A stretch of 63,212 bases of DNA, the filler included, from Folioceros fuciformis (taxonomy: Eukaryota): the NCBI GenBank assembly GCA_049999805.1. It is 5 parts of 5 records of this genome, joined end to end, with 100 filler letters (N's around TTAATTAATTAA, not from the genome) between each part and the next. Parts side by side here need not be neighbours in the genome. Positions count along the whole stretch, not along the records: positions 21,935 to 39,855 come from JBNGIO010005398.1; 4 more parts are not named here. One strand, 5' to 3'. Below are positions 26,434-37,786 of this stretch, in pieces; position 1 is the stretch's first letter, and each line of letters starts with the position of its first letter. The position numbers were made by a program, and so were the translations under genes. The notes beneath the pieces were generated by a model. It was not told where the DNA came from. It was given only the letters and a program-made list of their open reading frames with translations, and searched no databases.

Positions 26434-28545
26434 TTAGTGACAAGGGTGATACATGGGAGTTTCATAATCCTGGGAAGACGGGTGTTTCAGCCGTGCATGC
26501 ATGATCTTCACTCTCGGCATGAATTTTACTCCAACGACAAAAGTATGAACCAATCCTTCCGTGTCTGTCCACCAGCTCTGACCTGGCTGCTTCCATGCTT
26601 CAACTTCTTTTCTCCTTGCCTGTACCCCTTGAGCCTCCTCCCACATCTGGGCACTAGCAAAAATGCTAGACATCAAGACATACGCGGCAGCATCTTTTTC
26701 ATTTAGCTTCACTGCTTCAGTGAAAGCCTGGAGTCCCACCGGCAAGTTGGTCCATTTTCGACAAGAACCCAAGAGAGTGTGCCAAAGTGAAGGATGGGGC
26801 TCGGTAGGCATTGTCTTCACCACCGCCAGTGCCTCATCAAGCAGCCCTGCGCGGCCAAGGAGATCCACCAGGCATTTGTAGTGCCCTGTTCTGGGTGTAA
26901 CATCGTGGTGTCTGCTCATAGCCTCAAAGTACTCGCGCCCCTTGTTCACCAGCCCAGCATGACTGCAAACTGTCAGCACATTGAGAAACGTGATGCCGTC
27001 AGGCTCAGAGCCAGCCTCTCTCATTCTGTGAAGCAAATAGAAGACCAGTTCAGTGTCCCCTTGACGGGTATATCCTGCAATAAGCGCATTCCAGGCTACC
27101 ACGTCTCTCTCAGGCAGTGTATCAAACACCTGCTGCGCATCAACCATGCTCCCAGACTTTCCGTACATGTATAATAAGCTGATGGCTATGACGCAATCAG
27201 CTTGAAGCCCTTGTTCAACAATCTGCGCATGAAGCTGCCTTCCTGCATGCAAAGCTGCTGCACTTGCACAAGCCCGAAGGAGGCACACAAATGTAACGGA
27301 ATTCGCGGGGGCGATGCCTTCTTCCTGCATGGCAACATACAGGCGAAGGGCTTCCTCACCCTTCTCCTGTTGGGAATACCCAGCTATCAAAGCAGTCCAG
27401 GTCACCACATCTTTGTGGCGAATTCCAGAAAATACTGTCTGAGCATCCTCCAGGCTGCCACACTTTGCATACATATTTATCAAATTGTTACCTACAGTTA
27501 CATCTGCTTGAAGTCCTCGTTCTTCAATCTGTGCATGAAGTTGCTTTCCGTGAGCTAAAGCCGTGACACCTACACTTGCACAAGCCTGCAAGAGGGACAC
27601 GAATGTCACAGAATTAGGTGCAGCAAAACCTTGGTGTTGCATTGCACTGTAAAGACGAAGGCCTTCCTGACCCATGCCCTGCTGGGAATATCCCGCTATC
27701 ATGGTGGTCCACGTCACCACATTGTGTCGAGGGATTGCGTCAAACGCTCTCTGAGCCTCCTCCAAGTTGCCACACTTGGCATACATGTCAACCAAACCAC
27801 TACAAACAAAGGGATCAGGCTCAATTCCACTTGCCCACACGTCAGCATGCACCTGCTGTCCACTCTCCAAGTCTGCTTCCCTTGCACAAGCCTGCAGGAC
27901 GGCTACAAACACATGACCATCTGGCTTCACGCCTGACTTGCGCATCTGCTGATAGAGCTGTATGGCCCGCTTAGCCTGCCCGTGTCGAACATGCGCAGAA
28001 ATTATACAAGACCACATGAAAGCGTCTGGTTGGGCAACCAAGGTGAACACATCCGTCGCTTCCTGCAACCTAGCATGAGCCGCATACATTCGCATGATGT
28101 GGTTGCACAAAAACCTGTCTGACGAATATCCCCTTTTCACCGTGAGACCATGCACAAGGCGACCCAGAATCAGACCCTCCTTCCCAACACACTTCTTCAA
28201 CACAGTGTAAAAGAGAGAATTGGAAACACGAAAGCCCATCCGCACCACAGCTCCCAAAGCCTCAACGGCCTCACTGAGTTGATCCTGCCCACACAGCTTG
28301 CTCACTGCTGCAACCATTTCTCCCCTTCGATATCGTAAGTCAGATGTACAAGCACCACCCACGTCCAGATCAGCCACCCAGAATGGCTCGGAAACTATGT
28401 TCACAACTTGTTGTGCGGGAACCGAAGGCCGAGCTCCTCGTGGAATTTCTGTTAGCCCTCCCATCCGTGAGCCAGCATGAATCTGGACCCCGATGGGACC
28501 CTGTCGGGATGTGCATGCATCGAGTGCAGCCCTCCAGGCAGCCAT
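26434..28545 (-). CDS. PLS-class PPR protein with E1/E2 and PG box (PGQSWW); DYW deaminase truncated
   Basis: Repeated P-L-S triplets (VVTWTxxIAGY / PNSVTFVxLLxAC / LIxMYAKCGSLEDA), 'HYKCLVDLLGRAG', 'WHTLLGSC', 'AAAYVLMSSIFA', 'KQPGQSWWTDTEGLVHTFVVG'. No intact HxE/CxxC. Confidence 0.95.
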   Translation of the reverse strand: MAAWRAALDACTSRQGPIGVQIHAGSRMGGLTEIPRGARPSVPAQQVVNIVSEPFWVADLDVGGACTSDLRYRRGEMVAAVSKLCGQDQLSEAVEALGAVVRMGFRVSNSLFYTVLKKCVGKEGLILGRLVHGLTVKRGYSSDRFLCNHIMRMYAAHARLQEATDVFTLVAQPDAFMWSCIISAHVRHGQAKRAIQLYQQMRKSGVKPDGHVFVAVLQACAREADLESGQQVHADVWASGIEPDPFVCSGLVDMYAKCGNLEEAQRAFDAIPRHNVVTWTTMIAGYSQQGMGQEGLRLYSAMQHQGFAAPNSVTFVSLLQACASVGVTALAHGKQLHAQIEERGLQADVTVGNNLINMYAKCGSLEDAQTVFSGIRHKDVVTWTALIAGYSQQEKGEEALRLYVAMQEEGIAPANSVTFVCLLRACASAAALHAGRQLHAQIVEQGLQADCVIAISLLYMYGKSGSMVDAQQVFDTLPERDVVAWNALIAGYTRQGDTELVFYLLHRMREAGSEPDGITFLNVLTVCSHAGLVNKGREYFEAMSRHHDVTPRTGHYKCLVDLLGRAGLLDEALAVVKTMPTEPHPSLWHTLLGSCRKWTNLPVGLQAFTEAVKLNEKDAAAYVLMSSIFASAQMWEEAQGVQARRKEVEAWKQPGQSWWTDTEGLVHTFVVGVKFMPRVKIMHARLKHPSSQDYETPMYHPCH

Positions 28546-28780
28546 GATTCGCACTCATCCGCTGATCGCCCACAACCCCCCTTTTCCACCACCTCCAAAT
28601 CTGATTCAGACTGAAAAGTCTCTGAACGAAATATTCAACAGCCAGAATTCAGGTAAGCAAGACCTCCGTCTCCTCTTCAAATTCATCCAAGACAGCGCGA
28701 ATGCATACTTTGACTCCGGTGTAAACTATGGCGTGCCGTTCTCGTCAGCGCACCAGTTCTGCTCACATAGCACAACTGTG

Positions 28781-28933
28781 CAGCGTGATGTTACCGCCAT
28801 CACCGTGATGTCAGTGCCATCAGCGTGATGTTACTGACATCAGCGTGATGTTACTGACATCAGCGTGATGTTACTGACATCAGCGTGATACTACTGACAT
28901 CAGCGTAATGCTACTCACATTAGCGTGATGCTA
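28781..28933. repeat. 20-bp minisatellite, about 7.5 units of CAGCGTGATGTTACTGACAT
   Basis: Units start at 28781, 28801, ... 28921; the central three are identical and the flanking ones diverged. Confidence 0.95.
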
Positions 28934-29548
28934 GATACTACGAACCACTCCTGCTCCGATAGAGGGCAGCATTTTTCTCCCACAGTCGACCTCAGTTGAA
29001 GATTTCGCTCCTCCAATTCCTTATGCTGGGTATAGCCCATAAAGGTGTATTATATTGTTGTTGGCTTTATCAGCTGTTTGAGTCCATACAGCATAGCTTT
29101 GGCCCAAGAACTATGGGCTTAAGCATCCTGCTCAGCTCAGATCGATACTTAGATGGGGTGCTTAAAGGAAGGATGGCATTTGGAACTGTAATGGAACTAC
29201 TTCATCTCTCGGTACAGACTTACCGAGGCCCTTGGAATTCAGAAAGGAAACTAATATGACTACATGTGTAAGTCGAGCCCAGTTGCAGACCTCTTCGCAC
29301 CTGATCCAGAACATTTAATTCAAACCCCACATACATCTGGACTGTACATATTTTCAAGGGACCTACGCCTCGTGGGTTACTCCAGGTTGGCGTAGGCCAC
29401 GTGTGCGAGCCTACCGCTTCACACAGATACGCGGAGTGTAAGTCGTGATCGCGGATTTGTGAGTCGTGAAGCAGCCGAGGCTCGGAAGACGAGCAGACCA
29501 TTCTGCGGCAAGCAGTTGCGGTGGTGGTTGCGACCGAGGGAAGCTGCC

Positions 29549-31878
29549 ATGAGCGGGCTGGTTCAGGCGGTGTCCAGGTCCTCCCGCAACAGCTTGAGAT
29601 CATGGAAGGCGTGGCAGAGCCTCGCTGCCAGAAATGCGCAGGCTATGGGTTTCAGCTCGGAAGTGACGGCAGGGGAGAAGCGAGAGGCTGCACAGCCGGA
29701 ACTGAGGAAGATGAACTTGGTTTCAGCTGTGAATCAGGCTCTGCGAATCGCGCTTGAAACGGACCCCAGGTCAGCTTGATTGCGTTGGAGGAAGGCTGGC
29801 TTCCGTGAATTGAGTTGAATTCGGGTCTCGTGACTGTCGGTTGCGTCTGAAGTGATCAAATTCTCGTGTCTCCGGGCGTGCAGGTCCTATATTTTTGGCG
29901 AGGATGTCAGTTTCGGAGGAGTGTTTCGGTGCACCAGTGGCTTAGCCGACGATTTTGGGAAGCATCGGGTCTTCAATACGCCCCTCTGTGAGCAGGTTGG
30001 AAGGCAGAATCCCCGTGTCAGTAAAATCACGCTGCACTTGTCGCCCCTGACGTGACGGACTTTACGCTGCAACTTGTGTGCAGGGAATCGTCGGATTCGG
30101 AATTGGTCTTGCGTCAATGGTAACACCTTGTCTTAAGATACCACTGGTTAACAGCCTTGGCATAAACCTTGAGTAACTGTCAATGACGAGGGGTGTCTGG
30201 CTCCTTTTCAGGGGAACACAGCCATCGCGGAAATTCAGTTTGCGGATTACATATACCCTGCCTTTGATCAGGTTAAATTCCTTGACTTTGCTCGGAACGT
30301 CTCGTCTTCTTTCCGACATTGTTCTGCAGAAGCCAATGAAGGAAGAATCTGATTTATTGTAAATTATGATTTGTGGGCAGATTGTGAATGAAGCGTCCAA
30401 GTTCCGCTACAGGAGTGGAAACTTATTTAACTGCGGAGGTCAGAGGTCCCACCTTGGTTTTCTCAACTCGTGGTGTCTGTGTCAAGAAAGTACCTTCTTT
30501 CACTTGTTGGTTCCTTTTTCTCTGCTGAGGCGATGAGCCGAAACTGTTCTTTCCTAGGGCTGACAGTAAGGGCACCATACGGAGCAGTAGGCCATGGTGG
30601 ACATTATCACTCTCAGTCACCAGAAGCGTTTTTTTGTCATATTCCAGGCATTAAGGTGAAGTTTCAAAACGGGATTCATTCTCGGATTAGTGGGGTGTTC
30701 ATCGGTTCCCTTTAAGAAACGCTTTTGCTGTGCAGGTTGTCATACCAAGGAGCCCCAAGGAAGCTAAAGGTTTACTTCTTGCTTCGATTCGAGATCCAAA
30801 TCCCGTTGTCTTCTTTGAGCCCAAGGTGTGCAGACGTCGGTTGCCAGTTATTGGGAATCCCGACTTCCTTGCACTGCACAGCGGCATTTGTTTGTATTTC
30901 GTGTTTTGGCTTGGAAGCTGGAATCAGTCTCTTGTTTGAACCTCGATCTTGTTTCTGCAGTGGTTGTATAGACTGTCCTCAGAAGAAGTTCCTCAGGACG
31001 ACTACACAGTACCCCTCTCTCAGGCTGAGGTAAAGGCCAAGAATTTAATGGGGACGCCGGTTGTGCTTGCCTTGCCCTGGCTGAAGTATGCAATTGATTT
31101 ACATTGAAGCCGTGAACTCTGCTATAGGTAATGCGGGAAGGTGGTGATATCACCCTCGTGGGTTGGGGTGCGCAATTGGCGGTGATGCAGGAAGCCTGTG
31201 ACGATGCTAGCGAAGTATGTATGCTGCTCTCATACTTGACATCTTGAGATGGAGTAAACGAGAGTCCTAACAACTTCATAATAACTGACTTGCTATGCTA
31301 CGATGGAAAACTTCTTGCCCACTGTTTGTAGGAGGGCATATCGTGCGAGCTAATTGACTTGAAAACGTTGATTCCTTGGGATAAGGAGACAGTAGAAGCA
31401 TCTGTCAATAAGACGGGCAGACTTCTGGTAAGTCCCTAATACGTTTTGTACTTAATGAACTCAAAGACCTTGTATATCTTACGAGCCACAAATATGTTGC
31501 TTTCGGGGTTCCCAGATTAGCCACGAGGCTCCAGTAACAGGTGGCTTTGGTGGGGAGCTTGCGGCATCAATCGCTGAGCGCTGTTTCCTAAGAGTAAGGG
31601 CAACAGTTTTGCGGCATGCATTGTATTTCAAAAGTCTGTAGCCTGTCTAACAGCTTTCACCTTGTTACAGTTAGAAGCCCCCATAGCAAGGGTCTGTGGA
31701 CTGGACACACCATTTCCCCTGATCTTCGAACCTTTCTACATGCCAACAAAGAACAAGGTAACTATAGAGTTCAAGTTTTGGAATTGATTTGAGCATCTTT
31801 GACCAGGATGTATTATGAAGAGGTACCAATTTCGTATTGCAGATATTGGATGCAATTAAGAAGGCTGTGAAGTTTTAA
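29549..31878 (+). CDS. BCKDHB: Branched-chain 2-oxoacid dehydrogenase E1 beta subunit (mitochondrial, DIN4-like), multi-exon
   Basis: [95 protein letters not shown]; presequence-like N-terminus. Confidence 0.95.
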
Positions 31879-32102
31879 AGGCAAAATCTCACGGTTTCCG
31901 AAATGTTTGATGGTGGTTGTGTATATAATATTATGCTCTTTGTCGACTTGCAATAATGAGCTGGATGTACGATACAGTATTTTTCACACAAGGTCCTTAG
32001 TTGGAATTCATGTCCCCATGTACACTACGTTACAATCAATTTTAGACCACATTACGGGTCATTATTTTCTGCATTGTGTCTTTTTGTTCAAGCATCTAAA
32101 AG

Positions 32103-33515
32103 TTAATAGCTCAGACCAAGTTGCAAGCCCAATGCGAAGTGCACCAGGAACAAGGTCATAATGCTGCTCCCAAACCAGGCGTGCAGACCTCGGAGGTCAG
32201 GGTTTTTCTGCACGCATCAGCGGCAGAAAAAGCATCAGATTCGTTGGACGTGCGCTACCTTCAGAGCAAAACGTGTGCAATTATCACACTACCTACCTCA
32301 AAAAATGCAGGCAAAGTCGTCTGAACTGCAAGCAGAGCTAAGCCAGTAATCCCTGTCACAGCGTGTGGGCTGGCCGAAGAACGAGGTTAAGGAACGCCTA
32401 AAGCAAGGAAGCCCGAAAGTTTGCACAGTCGAACATGCCTCCTTACCTCTCAAAAATTGGCTTCCCTGAGGTGACAAGCGAGGTGATCCCACCAAGAGCA
32501 CCGGCAGCGAAGAAGAAGAAGAGGCCTGCCAGGAGCTTCGGATGAAGGTCCTTTGCTTTGGCCTTCACTGCCTGGCGATCAGAAATGTCGTGTCACAAGA
32601 GGCTTCAGAAGACTAGCACTTCCCACAAAGTATGGGAAGAGTGCTTACCACATCATCACTCAACCGGATCTGCCATCCTAACCACGATCCGTAGCCCCCC
32701 ATTGCCAACAGAACCACCGCCTGAAGTACGGCAGGAATTAGAACCCATTTTCTGGCAGCAATCGAACAGAACAGCGTNNNNNNNNNNNNNNNNNNNNNNN
32801 NNNNNNNNNNNNNNNNNNNNNNNNNNNNNNNNNNNNNNNNNNNNNNNNNNNNNNNNNNNNNNNNNNNNNNNNNNNNNCCCCAGTGAACAAGCCAATCCGG
32901 AAGGTCGAGCCCCCTAACCAACTCGCCATAAGGTTCAAAGATGGCAGTGACTTGCTCAGCTGTGGGAGCACCAAAGTTAAGGAGCATGACTTCGAGAGAG
33001 ATGGATCGATCCCCATACCATCGGCATTGTAAAACTTAAACCGCAATGGAGCATTCACTCACTCAAGGATACCACCAGGGACAAGCGCGGCCAGAGTTAG
33101 GACGGACAGTGGCGAAGCTTGGAGGCGGAACAACGAGTCGCTGGATGACTTTTCTGCTTCAATAAGGAGGGCCTCTGCCGGCTGTCCATCTCGTGCAGTC
33201 GTCTTCTCTGAGGGCAAGTCTGCTGAGGAACCAGCTACCCGGACCTGAGTTACAACTTCGAGAGGCAAACGTTCTACAGAGTGCGCAACACCTGGAGCGT
33301 GACGATGTAGAGATGTAAGTCCGTGGGGCAAAATTTTACGCTCACTGTAAAGACACGAGGGAGCCAAGTCACTCACAGTAGATTGGAATGCGGCTGAAGC
33401 GAACAGAACATTTTCCACTTGCTGGGAAAAGGTGGGCACCATGCCAGTGACGCGGAAGGCTGGAATTGGCCGACGACATCGCTCCTCCAGATGAGAGAGC
33501 CGATGAGATCGCCAT
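32103..33515 (-). CDS. DUF4079-family plastid membrane protein (At3g61870-like), multi-exon, with an N gap at 32778-32877
   Basis: 'LPDWLVHW', 'AVVLLAMGGYGSWLGWQIR', 'AKDLHPKLLAGLFFFFAAGALGG', C-terminal 'LFLVHFALGLQLGLSY*'; Ser-rich N-terminus. Confidence 0.85.
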
Positions 33516-33896
33516 TTCCAACTCGCAACTGGTTAAGCCTGCTCCTTCTTTACATACAAGCCACAGAGGGGCGTGGTAGGCGTGTGTCCGGCAAAGTCGA
33601 TGAGTCTCGAAAGTGCCAACTATCGCCTCAGGCTGGCGAGGCGGCCACGTGTTCACCACAGGCCCTTATACTAATGATCCGACAGAGTGGATAATGGGTA
33701 GAGTCGTCAACAGAGGCGGCCATGTACAGTTGATGAAGAGTTTACATAGATCCAGTGGGCGGCAGGAGTCCGAAATGGAAGAGAGCATTGCAGTCCAACC
33801 AACTATTTATAAGGTGGTTTTGCGGAATGTAGACATTCAAGAGATTCTACGACCTCACACGTTGGCGTGCGGTGATTTGGAAGATAGTGTGCGGAC

Positions 33897-35482
33897 TTAA
33901 GCAATCTTGAAGGAAGCAACGGCCTGCAGAAAATGGTGTGCACGGTTGAGAACAATGCAAGACTTGTGCATGACAAGACGGTGGGGGTCAACAAGGGGCA
34001 AGTCTGCTGACAGTCCTCTACCTTCTCGACTTGAGACTTGTATTTTGCAGAGTCATCTTCCCAGTACTGCAAGCCAGTTCATCAAGGCATGAGAGACGGA
34101 ATGGGTGACGAGGGATGGGCACGTGCAAGACGGTCTTACTCACCTGGCCCGTCAACGTGAACAGGCGATTGTACCACCCGTTGAAGCCAATTCCTACTGC
34201 AGAGAGCAGATGACGTTTGCGTTCACCGGGCTTTTGGAATGTGTACTCCACATAATACATTCCTACGTTCACCAACATGATTAGATCGGCTTAAGAGGAG
34301 AGAGTGCCTACCCAGCGGTCTGTTATCCAGATGTGACTGACCGTTCTTCGCGGAGGCATTTATCAGCTTGGCTGCTTGTCCGGGTGGCTTTGTCCAACTC
34401 CTGTCCAGACTGTTCACCTGAGAAAATGACAAAAAATTTAACATCCAGTCTTTTCTCTCCTCCTAGCATTCACGCTTTCCGATTCAAATCATGTCACCAG
34501 GTTCTCCGCGAAGCTGTCAGCAGTTCCAAAAGAGCCCAGCTTGGTGTAGTCTGCACCAAGGGCTGTGATAACAACATTCACTGCCATTCCAGACCGACCA
34601 TTCCAAGTGTCAGTCAGGCAGACCTCGACTGTGAAACCATCAGCTGGAAGTTGTACCCTTGAAGTGTTCGGCAGGTACCGTTAGCAGATGGATCGTCCAC
34701 TGGAAAGAACGCAGTAACATTCCTCACACCGGCCTTCCCCTCGCCCTTCGTCCAGTCTGCGACAACACATGAATTGTGACACCAGCTATCCATTTCATTC
34801 CTCAAGGCAAACGAAGAGACTGCAACGGAAGTGTACCTTGGGGCACGAGAAGGGAGTACTTGTCTTTTTCGTCCTCATAGAGTTTCAAACCATCGTCTGT
34901 TGTGTTACTGCTAGTTTGCTCCGCAAAAGCAGGCAGAGATACTGTGGGTAGTGCCAAGAGCAGTAAGGCTGAAGCCAAGGCCTGTCTTCTTTGGACTGAG
35001 AATGAATCTGGAACAGACCTGTGAATCAAGCACACTAGATGTTTCTGCCTTTAGGAAGTTGGCCTCACCAAAGTTTTTGTACCGTCCTGCTGCTAGTAAG
35101 GACTTTGCTCCATCATTACCCCGACATCCTTACTCTGGAGTTCTCTGGCACTCTGAATGCTTCTGGCTGCATCCCGTCAGCTCAATTCTAGCGTCCGGAT
35201 AACCTGTCACGAGAACAGCATGTGTAATGAAGGACAGCAGCGGGCAGCACTTGGATGGTTGCAAAGCAGGACAGAGGAAATGATGTAACCTTGCGACTCG
35301 AGGGCCAGCTCCACCGCGCCACTATGGCGCCCCCCGATGCTCGCCGATCGCTGCCCACATTCTATCCTCCTCCCCTGATGTTGCCTAGCAGGTGGGTGCC
35401 CGAACTCGCCGTGTTGTAGCCTGGTGACACAAGGTATAGACACTGGCAGATGAGCGAACTGCTGGCGCAGACTGTGTGCCAT
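33897..35482 (-). CDS. PPD3: PsbP domain-containing protein 3 (thylakoid lumen), multi-exon
   Basis: Twin-Arg signal 'RRQALASALLLLALPTVSLPAFA', 'SLDRSWTKPPGQAAKLI', 'YYVEYTFQKPGERKRHL', 'NGWYNRLFTLTGQ', end 'AVASFKIA*'. Confidence 0.88.
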
Positions 35483-35759
35483 TGCTAACCAGCTGTCCTG
35501 CGAACTGGACCGGGATTTGCACTTCAACCAATAACCGCTGTTCCCATGGACGACAAGGCTATCTTTGTGTGGAACGTAGCGTCGGGACTGGTACGAGTCA
35601 AGTAACAGAAAGCTGGATGATATCGTTTCGCCTTTGAGGAATTCACGCCGTTACCCAAGCATTGTTGTCGGCTGCTACTGGAACAGATGCCAAAATCAGG
35701 AGGCGACCGCTGGTTGTGGAATTGCAGACGCATTGTGGACATCTAACTTGGTGGCAGGG

Positions 35760-37589
35760 ATGCCACAGTGCATGGCATCCATAACCAGTACGAACTTCCT
35801 GCCTCCTGGCAGGCTGTGTGGCAGATTTTGCAGAGATTTATGCAAGACCATTGAGCCTGGAAGGGGAGGGCTCCGTGTTCTAGGGAGTGCTTCACCAACG
35901 TGCAACTGGAGAACAGAAGTGGGAGGAAGCGATTTCGGTTCACCGAGGAGGAAATGTTGGCCACATGTTATTAGACGAAGGCTGCAATATCAATCAACGT
36001 CTTCCAATGGGTGTACACTGGACATGGATCCCGATTTGAAAGTGGTGAGCGATGCACCTTTGCTAGGGACTCTACGAGAATGTGGAGAACAGGATACCGC
36101 GACTTTCCACTTCCCAGGTCATGGAAGGGGGAAAGCTGCCCCTCCTGATTTGCTTGAGATCTTGGGCCACGGCCCCTTTCGGCATGACCTACCAGAGCTT
36201 CCTGAGCTTGACAACCTTTTTGCTCCGGAGGGAGCTATTAGAGATGCACAAGCAAAGGCAGCAAATTTGTTTGGAGCTGATTACACCTTTTTCCTGGTGA
36301 ATGGCTCAACTTGTGGTATTCACGCAGCAGTGATGGCAACCTGTGGCACTGGCCACTACCTTGTCCTACCCAGGAGCTGCCACATGTCTGCAGTGTCTGG
36401 CATGGTCCTTTCAGGAGCTCTGCCCAAGTACGTCATGCCTGTCTATGATCCACTCTGGGGTATTGCTCATGGCGTCTCGCCCATTGCAGTAGATCAAGCA
36501 ATCTGTGAGGTGAAGAAAACCGGCGGACGAGTTGGCGCAGTGCTTGTTGTTTCTCCAACCTACTTCGGGGTTTGCAGTGATGTGGCTTCTATAGCCAGAG
36601 TATGCCACCGTCATGGTGTCCCTCTCATTCTGGATGAAGCCCACGGAGCCCATTTCAAGTTCCATCAGGACTTCCCTCCCACAGGACTTGAGCTGGGCGC
36701 CGACTTAGCCGTCCAGTCCACCCACAAAGTATTAGGCTCATTGACCCAGTCTGCTATGCTGCATCTCAGGGGACCAAGGGTGAGCCAAGAGCGGGTGAGA
36801 CGGTGCCTACAGGTCCTGCAGAGTTCTAGCCCCAGCTATCTTCTCCTTTCTTCCTTGGATGCAGCACGGGCTCACATGTCCGAAGCAGGCCCCACAGCTT
36901 TTGCTGACGCAATTGCCCTTGCTCAATATGCAAGAGATGCGTTGGAGGCCATTCCAGGAATTGATGTTCTGGATGAAGAGCGGATAAACTACACTCAAGT
37001 AGGGGAAGGAATGGCCAGCGTAGACCCTCTTCGCATCACAGTAGGTTTGTGGGAACTGGGGATGACAGGCTTCGAAGCGGATGACATCCTTAGGCTGGAA
37101 CATGGTGTCATTGCTGAGCTGCCGTTGCTCCGGTCCATCACTTTCGCTCTTCATGCAGGCACAAGCAGACATGACGTCCAGAGACTGGTCCATTCTGTCA
37201 AAGTCCTTTCCTCCAGGTCACAGCAACCGCGCATCGAGGGACAGGGGCAGGGCTTGCAGCTTGGTGCATCAGCCCAGTCACATCTGGGTCTCGTGTCCGC
37301 TTTCGAGATGGAATTTGAATCCGGTTCCGGAAGGTGCTCGGGATCTGCTCCGACAATGAGCCCCAGAGAGGCATTTTTCGCTGAGACACAGATAGTGAGT
37401 GTTGAAAAGTCATTGGGACGAGTTTCTGCTGAGTTTTTATGTCCCTACCCCCCTGGCATCCCCCTGATCGCACCTGGAGAGGTGATCACTTCAAAAGCTC
37501 TTGGGCAACTGAGAGCTGTGCTACAAGCCGGGGGCTCTGTGACTGGAGCCACTGACTCTTCCCTAACCACCATGTCTGTGCTCCGATAG
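35760..37589 (+). CDS. Prokaryote-type (fold I, AAT-fold) Orn/Lys/Arg decarboxylase, single exon, with N-terminal extension
   Basis: FHFPGHGRG, DLPELPELDNL, FLVNGSTCGI, SPTYFG, DEAHGAH, QSTHK (PLP Lys), SSSPSYLLLSSLD, DPLRI, PYPPGIPLIAPGE. First in-frame ATGs at 35760 and 35772. Confidence 0.92.
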   Translation: MPQCMASITSTNFLPPGRLCGRFCRDLCKTIEPGRGGLRVLGSASPTCNWRTEVGGSDFGSPRRKCWPHVIRRRLQYQSTSSNGCTLDMDPDLKVVSDAPLLGTLRECGEQDTATFHFPGHGRGKAAPPDLLEILGHGPFRHDLPELPELDNLFAPEGAIRDAQAKAANLFGADYTFFLVNGSTCGIHAAVMATCGTGHYLVLPRSCHMSAVSGMVLSGALPKYVMPVYDPLWGIAHGVSPIAVDQAICEVKKTGGRVGAVLVVSPTYFGVCSDVASIARVCHRHGVPLILDEAHGAHFKFHQDFPPTGLELGADLAVQSTHKVLGSLTQSAMLHLRGPRVSQERVRRCLQVLQSSSPSYLLLSSLDAARAHMSEAGPTAFADAIALAQYARDALEAIPGIDVLDEERINYTQVGEGMASVDPLRITVGLWELGMTGFEADDILRLEHGVIAELPLLRSITFALHAGTSRHDVQRLVHSVKVLSSRSQQPRIEGQGQGLQLGASAQSHLGLVSAFEMEFESGSGRCSGSAPTMSPREAFFAETQIVSVEKSLGRVSAEFLCPYPPGIPLIAPGEVITSKALGQLRAVLQAGGSVTGATDSSLTTMSVLR

Positions 37590-37691
37590 TAATTGAGTAA
37601 ATTTTAATATAGATCCCTGAGTCGGTTGGCTTATTTATCAGCACATCAGAGATTCTGACTGAAACCGTCAGCCCTAGCCTCCCCGTCGCCC

Positions 37692-37726
37692 AAACCCTAA
37701 CCACACGTGCACGTACTGTATAAATA
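37692..37726 (+). promoter_or_regulatory. Telo-box plus TATA promoter of the ncRNA cluster
   Basis: AAACCCTAA at 37692-37700, CACGTG at 37704-37709 and TATAAATA at 37719-37726; telo-box/TATA pairing is typical of plant snoRNA-cluster promoters. Confidence 0.65.
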
Positions 37727-37786
37727 TCCCCCTTCGACCTCGTGGTAGTGAGAGTCAAGTTTACTCCGCCTTCGTCTGTTGTTTGC

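Noticed and set aside
26434-26436. Stop codon repaired by U-to-C editing to restore the DYW domain
   Set aside because: Such editing is organellar, and the downstream sequence lacks the catalytic Glu and CxxC anyway.
28781-28933. CRISPR-like array
   Set aside because: Units are head-to-tail with no unique spacers, there are no cas genes, and the context is eukaryotic.
37691-37702. Telomerase RNA template or telomeric remnant
   Set aside because: A single AAACCCTAA upstream of a TATA box is better explained as a telo-box.
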